A stretch of 64,000 nucleotides of DNA from Vicugna vicugna (Eukaryota). Position numbers and translations under genes: made by a program. The notes beneath the pieces are model-generated. The model was given only the letters and a program-made list of their open reading frames with translations. It did no database searches and was not told the DNA's origin. The stretch is taken from contig MU059259.1 in the NCBI GenBank assembly GCA_013265495.1, forward strand, positions 558,001 through 622,000, written 5' to 3'. How positions within the stretch are numbered: the stretch's first letter is position 1; each line of letters begins with the position of its first letter. Shown piece by piece: positions 63,375 to 64,000 of this stretch.

Positions 63375-64000
63375 GAGAGAGCAAAATATTTTATTTAACA
63401 ATTTGCATTTAGGAAAAATAGCAGCTCCCCGCCTCAGAGGAAGCTTCTTGAGTCAAAAGTCACTGGCAGTCGACAGAGAATGATGGGCAGGGCTGACGGG
63501 GGAGCTGACGGTGCCAGGAGGGTCTCAGGTCCCAGGAATGACACGGAGCACTGACCAAGGGACACGGCAGACTGCCCGTCAGCGAGGTGACAGGAATATG
63601 GATCAGTCACAGATCTGTGTCGCACTCTGGAAACCACTGTGGGTCTCTCCTAGGTGACAAGTGACCCTGGAAGACAGGCGGACCTTGCCGGGTCCACACA
63701 CAACCTCACACTTGGGTCTAAAACTCCAACCAACCGTGTTCCCCCAGCGTTCTACAGAAATTACTTCCTAATGATTTTTATAAATATTTAAATCTTTTCT
63801 TTAGTCCCTTTAGACTTAACAAGAATGTGAAGTTTTAGGAACAGTCGGTGAAGCCTTAAAGCTCTGAGCCCACAGGAGGAGGTCTTCCTTGCGGCCTCCC
63901 GTGGCCGAGAGCTGACGCGTCAGCTCCCCCGGAGCTCGGTGTGGGAAAAGTTCAGGGGCAGAAAGATCAGATTCCAGAGCTTCCGTCAAGAAATTATTTT
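63375..64000 (-). other. SEC16A: Probable 3' UTR end of the neighbouring gene (SEC16A by synteny)
   Basis: AATAAA on the - strand at 63390-63395 and AU-rich tracts; identity rests only on conserved gene order, no coding sequence is seen. Confidence 0.5.

Overview
GC-rich mammalian genomic DNA carrying the conserved CARD9-SNAPC4-ENTR1(SDCCAG3)-PMPCA-INPP5E block, probably followed by the SEC16A 3' UTR; human 9q34.3 has the same order. Two tRNA-Ala-derived, A-tailed SINEs resemble the camelid Vic-1 type, so a camelid source is inferred but not proven. I walked the GT-AG junctions by hand and the frames close. SNAPC4 (-) has 22 coding exons and 1412 aa, ENTR1 (-) 10 exons and 432 aa, PMPCA (+) 13 exons and 525 aa, and INPP5E (-) 10 coding exons and 656 aa. 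CARD9 (-) has exons 1-8 inside the window and runs off the left edge. I see no new protein-coding gene; the long extra ORFs in the track are antisense or intron-readthrough shadows. The most unusual element is an 89-nt inverted composite copy in SNAPC4 intron 7 (26731-26819). It is perfectly complementary to both the exon 4 branch-point region and the exon 4 5' splice site, so it could act as a cis-antisense splicing or circRNA switch, or it could be an assembly chimera. Other oddities are a SINE with its Pol III A-box head amplified six times, an internally deleted L1 whose target-site duplication copies part of a splice donor, an (AC)8 acceptor in ENTR1 and a 58-codon uORF before INPP5E. Comparisons with human proteins and repeat consensus sequences are from memory and were not computed.
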